50,759 nucleotides of DNA from Escherichia phage MikeNSara, in sequence record OR896827.1, one strand, 5' to 3'. The translations under genes and the position numbers were made by a program. Below the pieces are notes generated by a model. The model was not told the DNA's origin. It searched no databases and saw nothing but the letters and a program-made list of their open reading frames with translations. The stretch's first letter is position 1; each line of letters begins with the position of its first letter. Below are positions 39,399 through 47,366 of the stretch, piece by piece.

Positions 39399-39662
39399 TT
39401 AGTCCAGGAATTCGATTTCACGCTCTCCAGTTAACGGATCCACAAGCCAGAATCCAAGCGGTTCGCCGTGAACACCGCCATAGAATCCAAGCGCCGTCAG
39501 ATCTTCACCTTTAACGAATACCAGATTCCCGCTACGGCTTACGTGAGACACGTTAACGATAACCGGAAATGTGCGATCCTTAAATGCAGGCCGCAGGGCG
39601 TAGCATCCGTTGTTGAGTAAACGTGCTTTGCGCTTAACTGGAATAGGTGCATTAATTTTCAT
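39399..39662 (-). CDS. hypothetical protein
   Basis: RBS AAGGAG; stop abuts motif. Confidence 0.5.
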   Translation of the reverse strand: MKINAPIPVKRKARLLNNGCYALRPAFKDRTFPVIVNVSHVSRSGNLVFVKGEDLTALGFYGGVHGEPLGFWLVDPLTGEREIEFLD

Positions 39663-39888
39663 GGTTATTACTCCTTATCGTAAAGATTTAAAGACGTATA
39701 GTTTATTGCGGTAACTATATATCCGCATTGTTATTTCTCGCAGTGCAATATATTCCTTCCTGTTTTCCGGCAGACTGGCGAGCAACAACAGGCAGTATTT
39801 ATAAGCGCGGTCAAGATTCCTTTCCGTGCCCCTGCAATATCCCTTGTTGCGCCTGGAGCGGTACAGCCATAACAATTTCTTGAACATT

Positions 39889-40098
39889 TCAGATACGCCC
39901 ATACAGATCACAGACTTCGTTGATAAAACAGCGTTGAGACTCTTTATCCTGCTTCTCAAACATCGCACGGCACTCATAGCGGTGATTATGCACGATGACA
40001 ACAACCATATTTTCAGGTGCTGACGGGTGACGCGCGGAAGCATCGCAGATTGAAACATCCATACCCATCTCATGTGCTTTCTTGATCACATCCAACAT
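39889..40098 (-). CDS. hypothetical protein
   Basis: Start moved from TTG 40122 to ATG 40098 (RBS AGGAG). Confidence 0.45.
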   Translation of the reverse strand: MLDVIKKAHEMGMDVSICDASARHPSAPENMVVVIVHNHRYECRAMFEKQDKESQRCFINEVCDLYGRI

Positions 40099-40352
40099 TT
40101 TTTCTTCTCCTGCAATAAGCAAACATCATTGATAAAATCAGCACGGCCCTTAATGTTGCTGATGTGGAACGTCTTTTCAGCGTACAGGCCATCACCTTCA
40201 ATCACGATCATTACGCGAGTCGGTTTATTCACGGGCGCACACGAAAAGAGTGGTCGCGCCGGAAGAAATTTAGTAGCCACATCCAGGTTAGCCCTGGCGG
40301 CCCTGCAAAATGCCTCCGCCAGATCCAAATCATTTTCGGTAATCACCGCCAT
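40086..40352 (-). CDS. hypothetical protein
   Basis: RBS GAGGAG; ATG overlaps upstream stop. Confidence 0.5.
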   Translation of the reverse strand: MAVITENDLDLAEAFCRAARANLDVATKFLPARPLFSCAPVNKPTRVMIVIEGDGLYAEKTFHISNIKGRADFINDVCLLQEKKKCWM

Positions 40353-40624
40353 TACTTCTTGATCTCCTCACTGATAAATTTCAGCACCTGACGCAAGAAA
40401 ACCTCGTTGTTGATAGTCGCTGGCAATTCTTCTTTCACTTCTTGCGGCAGATAGATATTGCCGTGCCAGGTCAAGCAATCGTAGTTGATACGATAAGAGC
40501 AAAGCCACTCGCAATCGTTATCTGCTTCCCAAATGCAGAGTTGCAGAACATCGCCAAAATCTTCAACAGTCAGATCCAGACCGTGACGCTTAGCGAAATT
40601 GAAAGTGGTTTTGCTGATGTTCAT
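40352..40624 (-). CDS. hypothetical protein (first gene of leftward early operon)
   Basis: RBS AGGAG; ~30 nt downstream of motif promoter 40659..40702. Confidence 0.5.
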   Translation of the reverse strand: MNISKTTFNFAKRHGLDLTVEDFGDVLQLCIWEADNDCEWLCSYRINYDCLTWHGNIYLPQEVKEELPATINNEVFLRQVLKFISEEIKK

Positions 40625-40658
40625 TGCTATCTCCTGAGCGGTTCGTTTCGATGTGTGT

Positions 40659-40702
40659 AATGTACCCGATCAGACGGCCTGAGTTTTAACAAAAAGTGCT
40701 AT
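40659..40702 (-). promoter_or_regulatory. motif-type promoter cassette (leftward)
   Basis: Reverse complement of canonical 20-mer at 40683..40702, 18-bp spacer, -10 TACATT (as read on minus strand); ATG 40624 downstream. Confidence 0.55.
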
Positions 40703-40733
40703 TTGACGGTTAGCGCCAGGATTGTGATCGAAA

Positions 40734-40824
40734 TAATCAAAAGTAATCATTCGTAATCAAATCACGTCAAAATGATGATTGCCTTTGCAAATTTGATGAG
40801 AAAAGTAATCACGTTTAATCATTG
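40734..40824. promoter_or_regulatory. iteron-like cluster of (G)TAATCA repeats
   Basis: At least six copies of TAATCA / AGTAATCA within ~90 bp, just upstream of the leftward motif promoter. Confidence 0.4.
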
Positions 40825-40959
40825 GTTGCAGGGGAGATAGTGAAACCTCCTCCTCTTGCCTCACTTTTCCGCCTGGCTGTCAGTGGTTGTTATGTTCCGT
40901 TCCCGCCTGTTCTTTTGTTGACCTTCCGCAAAATACGATAACAAAAAATAACAAACAAT

Positions 40960-41298
40960 ACCTATATAATACATTGAAAAATAAGGATTATTTATTTATA
41001 TGTATCTATATATTCTCTTTTGTTATCTTGGTTATTGTGGTATTTGGTGGGGGTATATAGTTTTTGTGTATCTGTATGTGTGTATGGGTATGTAGGGGCA
41101 TATATATCTATATGGCACTTTCCGCGAGAAAACTTCGATAACAGGCAATGATAACATTGATTTATAAGGAAAAATAACGCCTATATTGTTATTGTGCCAC
41201 CATATAAAATTGATAAAACACGCGGGAACAAGAAAAAACAGTTGACACATTAAATAGCATTATTGATAATGCCCACACCTAACAACCAGGAGGCAGAA
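40960..41298 (+). repeat. AT-rich control region, paralog B
   Basis: See paralog A; alternating purine-pyrimidine TG/TA tracts and A-tracts upstream of consensus sigma70 promoter. Confidence 0.6.
41242..41270 (+). promoter_or_regulatory. sigma70-type promoter (TTGACA-17-GATAAT) for rightward early operon
   Basis: Consensus -35, 17-bp spacer, GATAAT -10; A-tract upstream; ATG 41299 about 28 nt downstream. Confidence 0.65.
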
Positions 41299-41763
41299 AT
41301 GAGCGAGCAATCATTCACTGACACGCTGCGCCGTGCCGCTATTATGCTGGCTAATGGCGAGGAAGAGACGATCAAGATTCCTGACGCGTATTTGCAGGTC
41401 CACATGTTCGGCAAGAAGTCGGCAAGCAATCCGGCGGCCTACATTCGCCAGATCATGAGTCGAGTGCCAGAAGTCGCCGAGCGGGGGCGCGTATCCGTTA
41501 CCCGTGGCGTTTACGGGCCGGAAGATGAAAACTTCGGTAGCACTTTCTACGAGGTGCGGATTGTTGAAGGCCGTCGCAAGGTTTACAACAAAGAGGCACT
41601 GGAAAGGGCAGTACGCCAGGCTAAGCGCAAGGTTGCAGAGGCGATCATTGATATGTCACCCAACCTGGCAAACTATGCGCCGGAAGAGTACGAAACATTA
41701 TCAAAGGCCGTCGCTGACTTTCACGCGATGATCAAAAAAACTTTCCTGGAGGATGAGCAATGA
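41299..41763 (+). CDS. hypothetical early protein (first gene of rightward early operon)
   Basis: Start moved to ATG 41299 with RBS AGGAGG; ~25 nt downstream of TTGACA-17-GATAAT promoter. Confidence 0.55.
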   Translation: MSEQSFTDTLRRAAIMLANGEEETIKIPDAYLQVHMFGKKSASNPAAYIRQIMSRVPEVAERGRVSVTRGVYGPEDENFGSTFYEVRIVEGRRKVYNKEALERAVRQAKRKVAEAIIDMSPNLANYAPEEYETLSKAVADFHAMIKKTFLEDEQ

Positions 41764-42032
41764 AAAAGGCATTAATCAGTGTTTTGGTGGCAATGGCATT
41801 CCTGACCGGATGTAAAGAAGATGGCGCGCATGTTGGCAATGTGCAGATGGCTAACCCTGGCGATGACTACAACGTAAGGGAGCTATTCACCGCTGACGGA
41901 TGCACTGTTTACCGATTCTATGACGATCGCACTGTTTACTTTACCAACTGCAAGGGCGCGACTAGCTGGGAAGCATCGAAAAGCAATGGCAAAGGCACGA
42001 CAACAGAATATATGACCGTAGAAACAAAATAG
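41760..42032 (+). CDS. putative lipoprotein
   Basis: ATGA overlap; signal peptide with lipobox LTGC (MKKALISVLVAMAFLTGC). Confidence 0.55.
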   Translation: MKKALISVLVAMAFLTGCKEDGAHVGNVQMANPGDDYNVRELFTADGCTVYRFYDDRTVYFTNCKGATSWEASKSNGKGTTTEYMTVETK

Positions 42033-42072
42033 CACTTTTTGTTAAAACGCCAGGCGCAAAGCCTGGCATAAT
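42029..42072 (+). promoter_or_regulatory. motif-type promoter cassette
   Basis: Canonical 20-mer overlapping stop of 41760..42032, palindromic 18-bp spacer, CATAAT. Confidence 0.55.
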
Positions 42073-42104
42073 AGCCTCATCGAAACGAGATTGAGGAAAC
42101 AAAA

Positions 42105-42290
42105 ATGGCACGTCGCATCACCAAAGACCTTAAAGTCCTGAACAAAGAAAACGTAGTTAAAATCCTGGTTATCTGGGGCTACAACGAAGAAACAGCAAAG
42201 CAGAAGGTAGAGGCAGGTTATGATCTGGCTGTAAAAGCAATGCCAAACGACGACGCCAAAGGCATTGCAAACTATGTAGCGTTCTTTTAA
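42105..42290 (+). CDS. hypothetical protein
   Basis: RBS GAGGAA; downstream of motif promoter 42029..42072. Confidence 0.5.
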   Translation: MARRITKDLKVLNKENVVKILVIWGYNEETAKQKVEAGYDLAVKAMPNDDAKGIANYVAFF

Positions 42291-42305
42291 TTAGCAGGTG
42301 AATAA

Positions 42306-42491
42306 ATGAAAACGAAATTAGCCCATAAATCAGAAATCAAGATCGGCGATACTGTGATTCACAACGGCGAGCTTAGAACGGTTGGCAAAGAGTCAATAAG
42401 CCACGATGAATTTATGGGGATCTTGTTGTTCGGTGACTCTTATCGTCTTGGTTACAAGATGGTTGAGCTTGTGGAAGAGGTAAAATTCTAA
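42306..42491 (+). CDS. hypothetical protein
   Basis: RBS AGGTGA. Confidence 0.5.
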   Translation: MKTKLAHKSEIKIGDTVIHNGELRTVGKESISHDEFMGILLFGDSYRLGYKMVELVEEVKF

Positions 42492-42535
42492 ATAGCACTT
42501 TTTGTTAAAACTCGAAAACGATAACCAGGCATAAT
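42492..42535 (+). promoter_or_regulatory. motif-type promoter cassette
   Basis: Canonical 20-mer, 18-bp spacer, CATAAT; gene 42590 downstream. Confidence 0.55.
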
Positions 42536-42589
42536 AAATCACATAGGGCGGCACGGCGTCGCCCACAAAACCAATCAGGAGAAAGCACC

Positions 42590-43480
42590 ATGTTAAAACT
42601 TACTGACATTAAATTCCCGATCACCTTCGAATCTCGCGGCGTTGGTCATTTCATGTTTACAGACGAGAAGACATGCACTAAGTTTAACGAATACGGAAGT
42701 CCAAACGCTTCAACAATGGAGATTGAACACTTCATTGAAGCGCACAATAAACACTACAACTCACTCAGAGACTACGGTTACGCAATGCCAGGCTACACCT
42801 GTTTCCACTACAAGCCATATAAAGGCCAGGTGTTGCCAGTGCGCTCACCGGAACGCGCAGAGATTCCGATGGTCAATATGAAAACCTGCGACTACAAAAA
42901 GCTGTGGTGCTTAAGTGTGGACAATATCAAGTATCCGATCACGTTCCACACGACTGGTAAGTCAACGATTCGCTACACATCACGCGACAATGGCGTTTAT
43001 AGCGATGGTACGAAATCAGAGTTGAAAGTTGATTTCTTTGTCAACGGTCACAACAAATTCAATCCGCACAACGAAGAGGATAAAGTGTACTACGTGGAAG
43101 ACATTACAAAACACTTGTTTGGAGAAACTCCATTCGGCGGCGGAAAGACGTCAATTCAAAAAATCATTGGCGAGGAGATCCACAAAGCGGCTGCCGAAAT
43201 GAAAGCGCCTGGAGGCTGGCGTATTGATAAGAGCGCCTTTGCAAATCAAGAAATCGTAACGCAGGGCGCGATTGAAGATATGCCAGTTGCAGCCACGCTA
43301 AAAGGAGTCCGGCTTGATGATGGTGTGTGGTTTGAATTAACGGCTACACCAAAGACGATCGAGATTCATGATGATGTTGTTATCCTCCTGCTTCACTACG
43401 GCGGCACTAAAAATCGGACTGTTGCAGGTGAGATCAGCATCAAGCGCGGAACGATGGTTAAGTGGAAGGTAAAGATTTGA
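42590..43480 (+). CDS. hypothetical protein with internal tandem duplication
   Basis: RBS AGGAG; two ~55-aa modules share IK(F/Y)PITF ... F(I/V).(A/G)HNK pattern. Confidence 0.55.
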   Translation: MLKLTDIKFPITFESRGVGHFMFTDEKTCTKFNEYGSPNASTMEIEHFIEAHNKHYNSLRDYGYAMPGYTCFHYKPYKGQVLPVRSPERAEIPMVNMKTCDYKKLWCLSVDNIKYPITFHTTGKSTIRYTSRDNGVYSDGTKSELKVDFFVNGHNKFNPHNEEDKVYYVEDITKHLFGETPFGGGKTSIQKIIGEEIHKAAAEMKAPGGWRIDKSAFANQEIVTQGAIEDMPVAATLKGVRLDDGVWFELTATPKTIEIHDDVVILLLHYGGTKNRTVAGEISIKRGTMVKWKVKI

Positions 43481-43556
43481 GTTTGTTCACTGCGGCGCAC
43501 GTCGCCGCATGGATCGGATTGTTTGCCTACCTGTTTAGATTTTATTGAGGTGAGAG

Positions 43557-43709
43557 ATGGCTACCTGGATTTTGCTGATTCTTATGATTGATGGCGGCGT
43601 TGACCATATCGAAATGAATAGCCAGCAATCTTGCATTGAGGCACGAGAGCAGATCAAGAACAACAACAGGTTTTATGCGTACACTCACACGCTATGTATT
43701 AAGAAATAG
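43557..43709 (+). CDS. hypothetical small membrane protein (50 aa)
   Basis: Not in ORF track; RBS GAGGTGAG; hydrophobic N-terminus; stop is TAG of motif 43706..43725. Confidence 0.35.
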   Translation: MATWILLILMIDGGVDHIEMNSQQSCIEAREQIKNNNRFYAYTHTLCIKK

Positions 43710-43748
43710 CACTTTTTGTTAAAACTCAAATGTGGGGCCAGGTATAAT
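43706..43748 (+). promoter_or_regulatory. motif-type promoter cassette
   Basis: Canonical 20-mer, 17-bp spacer, TATAAT; gene 43779 downstream. Confidence 0.55.
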
Positions 43749-43778
43749 GGCCTCACTTTCAACGAAGGAGATCAAACG

Positions 43779-43997
43779 ATGTACATTAAAAAGAAGATGA
43801 AATGCGTTTCCGTTAACTATGCTTGCTCTGGCATGTTCAAGCCTGGCGAAATCTATACGGCGCAAAAACTGAAATCATCAACCGGATCTTTTTACGTGAG
43901 CAATAGTAAGGGGCATCGCATGTTCCTGAACGGCGGCGAAGGCACTAAGGTTATGGCACACGCTATGGTAATGGCTGAATTTGAGGAAGTGAAATAA
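43779..43997 (+). CDS. hypothetical protein
   Basis: Start moved to ATG 43779 with RBS AAGGAG, ~30 nt after motif promoter. Confidence 0.5.
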   Translation: MYIKKKMKCVSVNYACSGMFKPGEIYTAQKLKSSTGSFYVSNSKGHRMFLNGGEGTKVMAHAMVMAEFEEVK

Positions 43998-43999
43998 TC

Positions 44000-44209
44000 A
44001 TGGACCAGAACAAAACAGCAAAATATAAATTCACTGACGACTACGGAGACACTATCGACGTTTATCAGCGTGGGAATCAGATCTTTATAGATGGCACTTT
44101 CGAATATGGCCGGATGCCAGACTTTCGGGGAATACTTTCGGCAGATAGCGCGCGACGCATGGCGAACGTGTTAAATAAACTGGCGGCAAAGATTGAGGCG
44201 ATGCAATGA
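44000..44209 (+). CDS. hypothetical protein
   Basis: ORF immediately after upstream stop. Confidence 0.45.
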   Translation: MDQNKTAKYKFTDDYGDTIDVYQRGNQIFIDGTFEYGRMPDFRGILSADSARRMANVLNKLAAKIEAMQ

Positions 44210-44742
44210 AAAAATACACTTTCGAACTGTGGGGCAAGAAGTACGAATTAATGACCAGTAAGCCGATTGTTATCGTTGACCTGGACGGCACACTATCGGA
44301 CGGATCGCATCGTTTGCATTTGCTGCCAACTGAAAACTTGCACCTTACGGAATCGTGGCGCGAGTTTAACAGGGTCGCCGCCGGAGATTCACCTATTAAA
44401 AGCACTATCGCGGTTATTAACGGTTTATGGGTGTCGGGATTTGCCATCGTCATCTTGACCGGACGCAGCGACGAGGTTCGCTATGAAACCTGCAAATGGT
44501 TGAATGAGAACGGCGTGAAGTTTGACGAAATCATCATGCGCCGCCAGGAGGACAACCGAAAGGATACGGTTATTAAAGAAGAAGCCTTGCGCGCTATTGG
44601 CCTGGACAACATTGTTTGCGCCTTTGACGATTCGCCTAACGTGGTTAAGCACTTCCGCAGCTTGGGGGTCACAACCTATCAGGTCACGGAATACGACAAG
44701 CCACACGCTCACATACAATCTCACGGCGTGGAGAAATTATAA
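44206..44742 (+). CDS. HAD-superfamily phosphatase (T4 Pnk phosphatase-domain-like)
   Basis: HAD motif I VIVDLDGTL, motif II ILTGR, C-terminal FDDSP; overall pattern resembles the 3'-phosphatase domain of T4 polynucleotide kinase (from memory). Confidence 0.6.
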   Translation: MKKYTFELWGKKYELMTSKPIVIVDLDGTLSDGSHRLHLLPTENLHLTESWREFNRVAAGDSPIKSTIAVINGLWVSGFAIVILTGRSDEVRYETCKWLNENGVKFDEIIMRRQEDNRKDTVIKEEALRAIGLDNIVCAFDDSPNVVKHFRSLGVTTYQVTEYDKPHAHIQSHGVEKL

Positions 44743-44934
44743 ATGGCTGACTTTATGCATCAAATGATTGTTGTATTTAAGGGCAGTGAAGATGAAGAGG
44801 TTCGCGAATGCTTCACCATTGAGAAATCATACAGCGCATCTTTAACCAGTTTTGGCAACATATCTATGATTGATGATAATGGCGATCCGTGGATTTTTGA
44901 AGATGATACGGATTGCTTTGAGATTAAAGAATAG
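44743..44934 (+). CDS. hypothetical acidic protein
   Basis: RBS GGAG; strongly acidic 63-aa product; stop is TAG of motif. Confidence 0.45.
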   Translation: MADFMHQMIVVFKGSEDEEVRECFTIEKSYSASLTSFGNISMIDDNGDPWIFEDDTDCFEIKE

Positions 44935-44974
44935 CACTTTTTGCAAAAACAGATTATCGGGCTTGCGGTATAGT
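44931..44974 (+). promoter_or_regulatory. motif-type promoter cassette
   Basis: ATAGCACTTTTTGCAAAAAC, 18-bp spacer, TATAGT; gene 45006 downstream. Confidence 0.55.
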
Positions 44975-45005
44975 AAGCCCATCGACAACGAAAGAGGAAA
45001 CGGCG

Positions 45006-45305
45006 ATGTTAGTACGCAATGCGATGTATAAAATCAAATCTGATGAGCGTGTCCACCTGTTTCATGTGAACGAGCACGGCGACCTTTCGATCGCGATGTA
45101 CCGTAACGACCGAGGCGGTTGCGAGGAATCAATAGGCGGTAAAGTGCATCCAATGTTTTTCATGTTCCGCCACAAGGCCGATCAATACAGCCATCACAAC
45201 CACTGGATCGGTGACTTGCTGCAATATGGGAAATTGGTTGCGTCGCACGTTGTAGATCCTGGCAAGTTAACCAGCCGCCAGCTTCGCAAAATGGCGCGCA
45301 AATAG
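45006..45305 (+). CDS. hypothetical protein
   Basis: RBS GAGGAA; downstream of motif promoter 44931..44974. Confidence 0.5.
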   Translation: MLVRNAMYKIKSDERVHLFHVNEHGDLSIAMYRNDRGGCEESIGGKVHPMFFMFRHKADQYSHHNHWIGDLLQYGKLVASHVVDPGKLTSRQLRKMARK

Positions 45306-45345
45306 CACTTTTTGTTAAAATCAACTTTACGGCCTGCGGTATAGT
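45302..45345 (+). promoter_or_regulatory. motif-type promoter cassette
   Basis: ATAGCACTTTTTGTTAAAAT, 18-bp spacer, TATAGT; gene 45377 downstream. Confidence 0.55.
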
Positions 45346-45376
45346 AGGCCCATCAACAACAAACGAGGATTAAATC

Positions 45377-45640
45377 ATGGCTAACAAGATCGAGTTTTTT
45401 AAAGCGGTAGACATTATTGATGGCGCGCCTAGCTTCTTCGCTATCCATTCTATTGACGGCAAGGATATTGGGTACAACGTTATCCGTCGAGATGGAATAT
45501 CAAAACTTAGTGACCTGGTAGGCCATATTGTGTCAATCGGGAAATGCGCATGGCCCGATTCGCCACGAGAGCCGCGCCGCCGCGACATGATTAATCCTGA
45601 ATTGCTTTACACGCTGGTAGTAGAGGGAGAAAATAAATGA
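45377..45640 (+). CDS. hypothetical protein
   Basis: RBS GAGGA; downstream of motif promoter 45302..45345. Confidence 0.5.
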   Translation: MANKIEFFKAVDIIDGAPSFFAIHSIDGKDIGYNVIRRDGISKLSDLVGHIVSIGKCAWPDSPREPRRRDMINPELLYTLVVEGENK

Positions 45641-45822
45641 TTTGGTTACTTGCTTTTTTGGTTGTTTTTCTTTACATTTCAGGCTTGTTTACGTTCCGCG
45701 CGTTGGTGAAATATTCTGACGCGACAGACAAAGACGATAAAATCGTTCTCGCTTTCTGGTTTGTTTGGGTGTGGTTAGCAATTTACGAGATCATCAGAGA
45801 CAAACAGAAATTTGAGTGGTGA
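45637..45822 (+). CDS. hypothetical membrane protein
   Basis: ATGA overlap; two hydrophobic helices. Confidence 0.45.
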   Translation: MIWLLAFLVVFLYISGLFTFRALVKYSDATDKDDKIVLAFWFVWVWLAIYEIIRDKQKFEW

Positions 45823-45878
45823 TTCTTGCTATGGCGCATTCATGCAGTGCGCCATGTTGAGAAAACCTAAAGGGGGAA

Positions 45879-46031
45879 ATGATGCGTAACTTTGAAAAAA
45901 TCATTACCAAAAAGAAGCGTCGCGGGTACGATGAGCATGTGGAGCTTGTGAAAAAGCAACGCAAGAAGCGCAACGAAGACAAGAAGCGCGGGAAAAAATT
46001 TAATGCGATTTTTCGCTATGGAGGAAACTAA
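45879..46031 (+). CDS. hypothetical small basic protein (50 aa)
   Basis: Not in ORF track; RBS AAGGGGGA; K/R-rich. Confidence 0.35.
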   Translation: MMRNFEKIITKKKRRGYDEHVELVKKQRKKRNEDKKRGKKFNAIFRYGGN

Positions 46032-46223
46032 ATGCAATTGCCACCATTTAACGAAAAAAGCGAAGAGATTGCCAAAACTGCATGTCACCTTCGAGAGCTT
46101 GCCGACATGATAGAGCGCGGTCAGGTTATGATTGTCAATATGACTATCAAAAGCGAGAATAGAAATTTCAAGGTTTTAAGCGAGACAACAGAAATTACCG
46201 TCTTGAAAGCAAGGGGAGAGTAA
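46032..46223 (+). CDS. hypothetical protein
   Basis: TAAATG junction with previous small ORF. Confidence 0.45.
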   Translation: MQLPPFNEKSEEIAKTACHLRELADMIERGQVMIVNMTIKSENRNFKVLSETTEITVLKARGE

Positions 46224-46225
46224 TC

Positions 46226-46816
46226 ATGAAACGAGACATTATCATCCTTAATGGGCCTCCAGGTTGCGGGAAGGACACTATTGCAGCTTACCTAACAGGC
46301 CATCGTTACCCAGCGGTTAAGGCATCATTCAAGCAACCTATGTTCGACATTGCTTTTTCTATGCTTGGCCCGACTCGATACGATGAATTTATGGACCTGT
46401 ACAACGACCGAGAGCAAAAAGAAAAGCCTCAAGTTATCTTAGGCGGCAAGTCACCTCGACAATTCATGATCTGGATTAGCGAGGATGTAATGAAGCCAGT
46501 TTTTGGAGATCACTATTTCGGGCGTCGAATGGTTGAAGAGATTCACGAGATGTACCGAGATTTGGAGGTTGTGATCAGTGATGGCGGATTCCCCGAAGAA
46601 ATCAAGCCGCTCGTTAAGGCGGGGCATGAGGTGCATATTTGCCGATTGCATCGAGACGGCTTCACGTTTGCTGGCGATTCGAGAGACTACATTGACCTGA
46701 GCGGTTATCACTATCGAATCCATCACTATGATTTCCACTTGCAGGACGGTAAGCCGGAACTGGCTGTAAGCGAGATCGTCAATGCAGTCAAATGGAAGCA
46801 CACACAGATTAAATAG
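46226..46816 (+). CDS. P-loop nucleotide kinase (dNMP-kinase-like)
   Basis: Walker A GPPGCGKDT at N-terminus; overall pattern reminiscent of T4 gp1 dNMP kinase (from memory); RBS GGGGAGAG; stop is TAG of motif. Confidence 0.6.
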   Translation: MKRDIIILNGPPGCGKDTIAAYLTGHRYPAVKASFKQPMFDIAFSMLGPTRYDEFMDLYNDREQKEKPQVILGGKSPRQFMIWISEDVMKPVFGDHYFGRRMVEEIHEMYRDLEVVISDGGFPEEIKPLVKAGHEVHICRLHRDGFTFAGDSRDYIDLSGYHYRIHHYDFHLQDGKPELAVSEIVNAVKWKHTQIK

Positions 46817-46856
46817 CACGAATTGCTAAACGCGGGGTTATCGGCCCCGCTATAAT
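46813..46856 (+). promoter_or_regulatory. motif-type promoter cassette (variant 20-mer)
   Basis: ATAGCACGAATTGCTAAACG, 18-bp palindromic spacer, TATAAT; gene 46887 downstream. Confidence 0.5.
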
Positions 46857-46886
46857 GCTCGCATCAACAATCAAGAGGAAATCACA

Positions 46887-47267
46887 ATGGTTAACATCCG
46901 AAAAATCCGCGTCGGCACTAAATTCTTAGTTACTTATGCAATTCCAGAGAGCGGAATGAAGAAGGGCCAGATTGTTAAGGTTGATAGCAAAAGGTTCGGG
47001 ATCCCTGGTATCAATGGCTATCTAATCAATAGAGATCTTGGATTCGACGGATTCGCTATCCGTGCGCTTGAGGGTATTGTTGCCACTCTTAAACGAATCA
47101 CTAATCATCGCGGCTGCCCAATCAAGACGATTAAAGCGCCAATAAATTACGGCAAACTGGATAATCGTCGAATCCGCCGCCTGGCGCGTAACGCGTTAAA
47201 ATTCCGTGGCGTAGGCGATGATTTCTACTATGGATACAAGAGGATTGCGCGCAATGCTGGCAAATAA
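46887..47267 (+). CDS. hypothetical basic protein
   Basis: RBS AGAGGA; downstream of motif promoter 46813..46856. Confidence 0.5.
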   Translation: MVNIRKIRVGTKFLVTYAIPESGMKKGQIVKVDSKRFGIPGINGYLINRDLGFDGFAIRALEGIVATLKRITNHRGCPIKTIKAPINYGKLDNRRIRRLARNALKFRGVGDDFYYGYKRIARNAGK

Positions 47268-47366
47268 CAATAACGCAACGAATCCTAAGCCACCTTTTGA
47301 TTTTCATTCCGCAATGATTGCGGTATTATCAATGCTACTTTTTCTTTATAGCATGAGGGCGCTACT

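Noticed and set aside
39675-40073. 132-aa minus-strand ORF
   Set aside because: Arg/Cys/Leu-rich low-complexity product with no RBS; overlaps the better-supported gene 39889..40098; the lower part falls in the non-coding gap.
40845-40960. Pyrimidine-rich (C/T) tract upstream of the AT-rich control region
   Set aside because: Noted as compositionally unusual, but no repeat structure, ORF or promoter-like hexamers with proper spacing could be assigned; left unannotated.
42049-42067. GC-rich hairpins inside promoter spacers read as intrinsic terminators
   Set aside because: They lack a following T-run and sit between the conserved 20-mer and the -10-like hexamer; their sequence varies while position is fixed, so they are treated as part of the promoter cassette.
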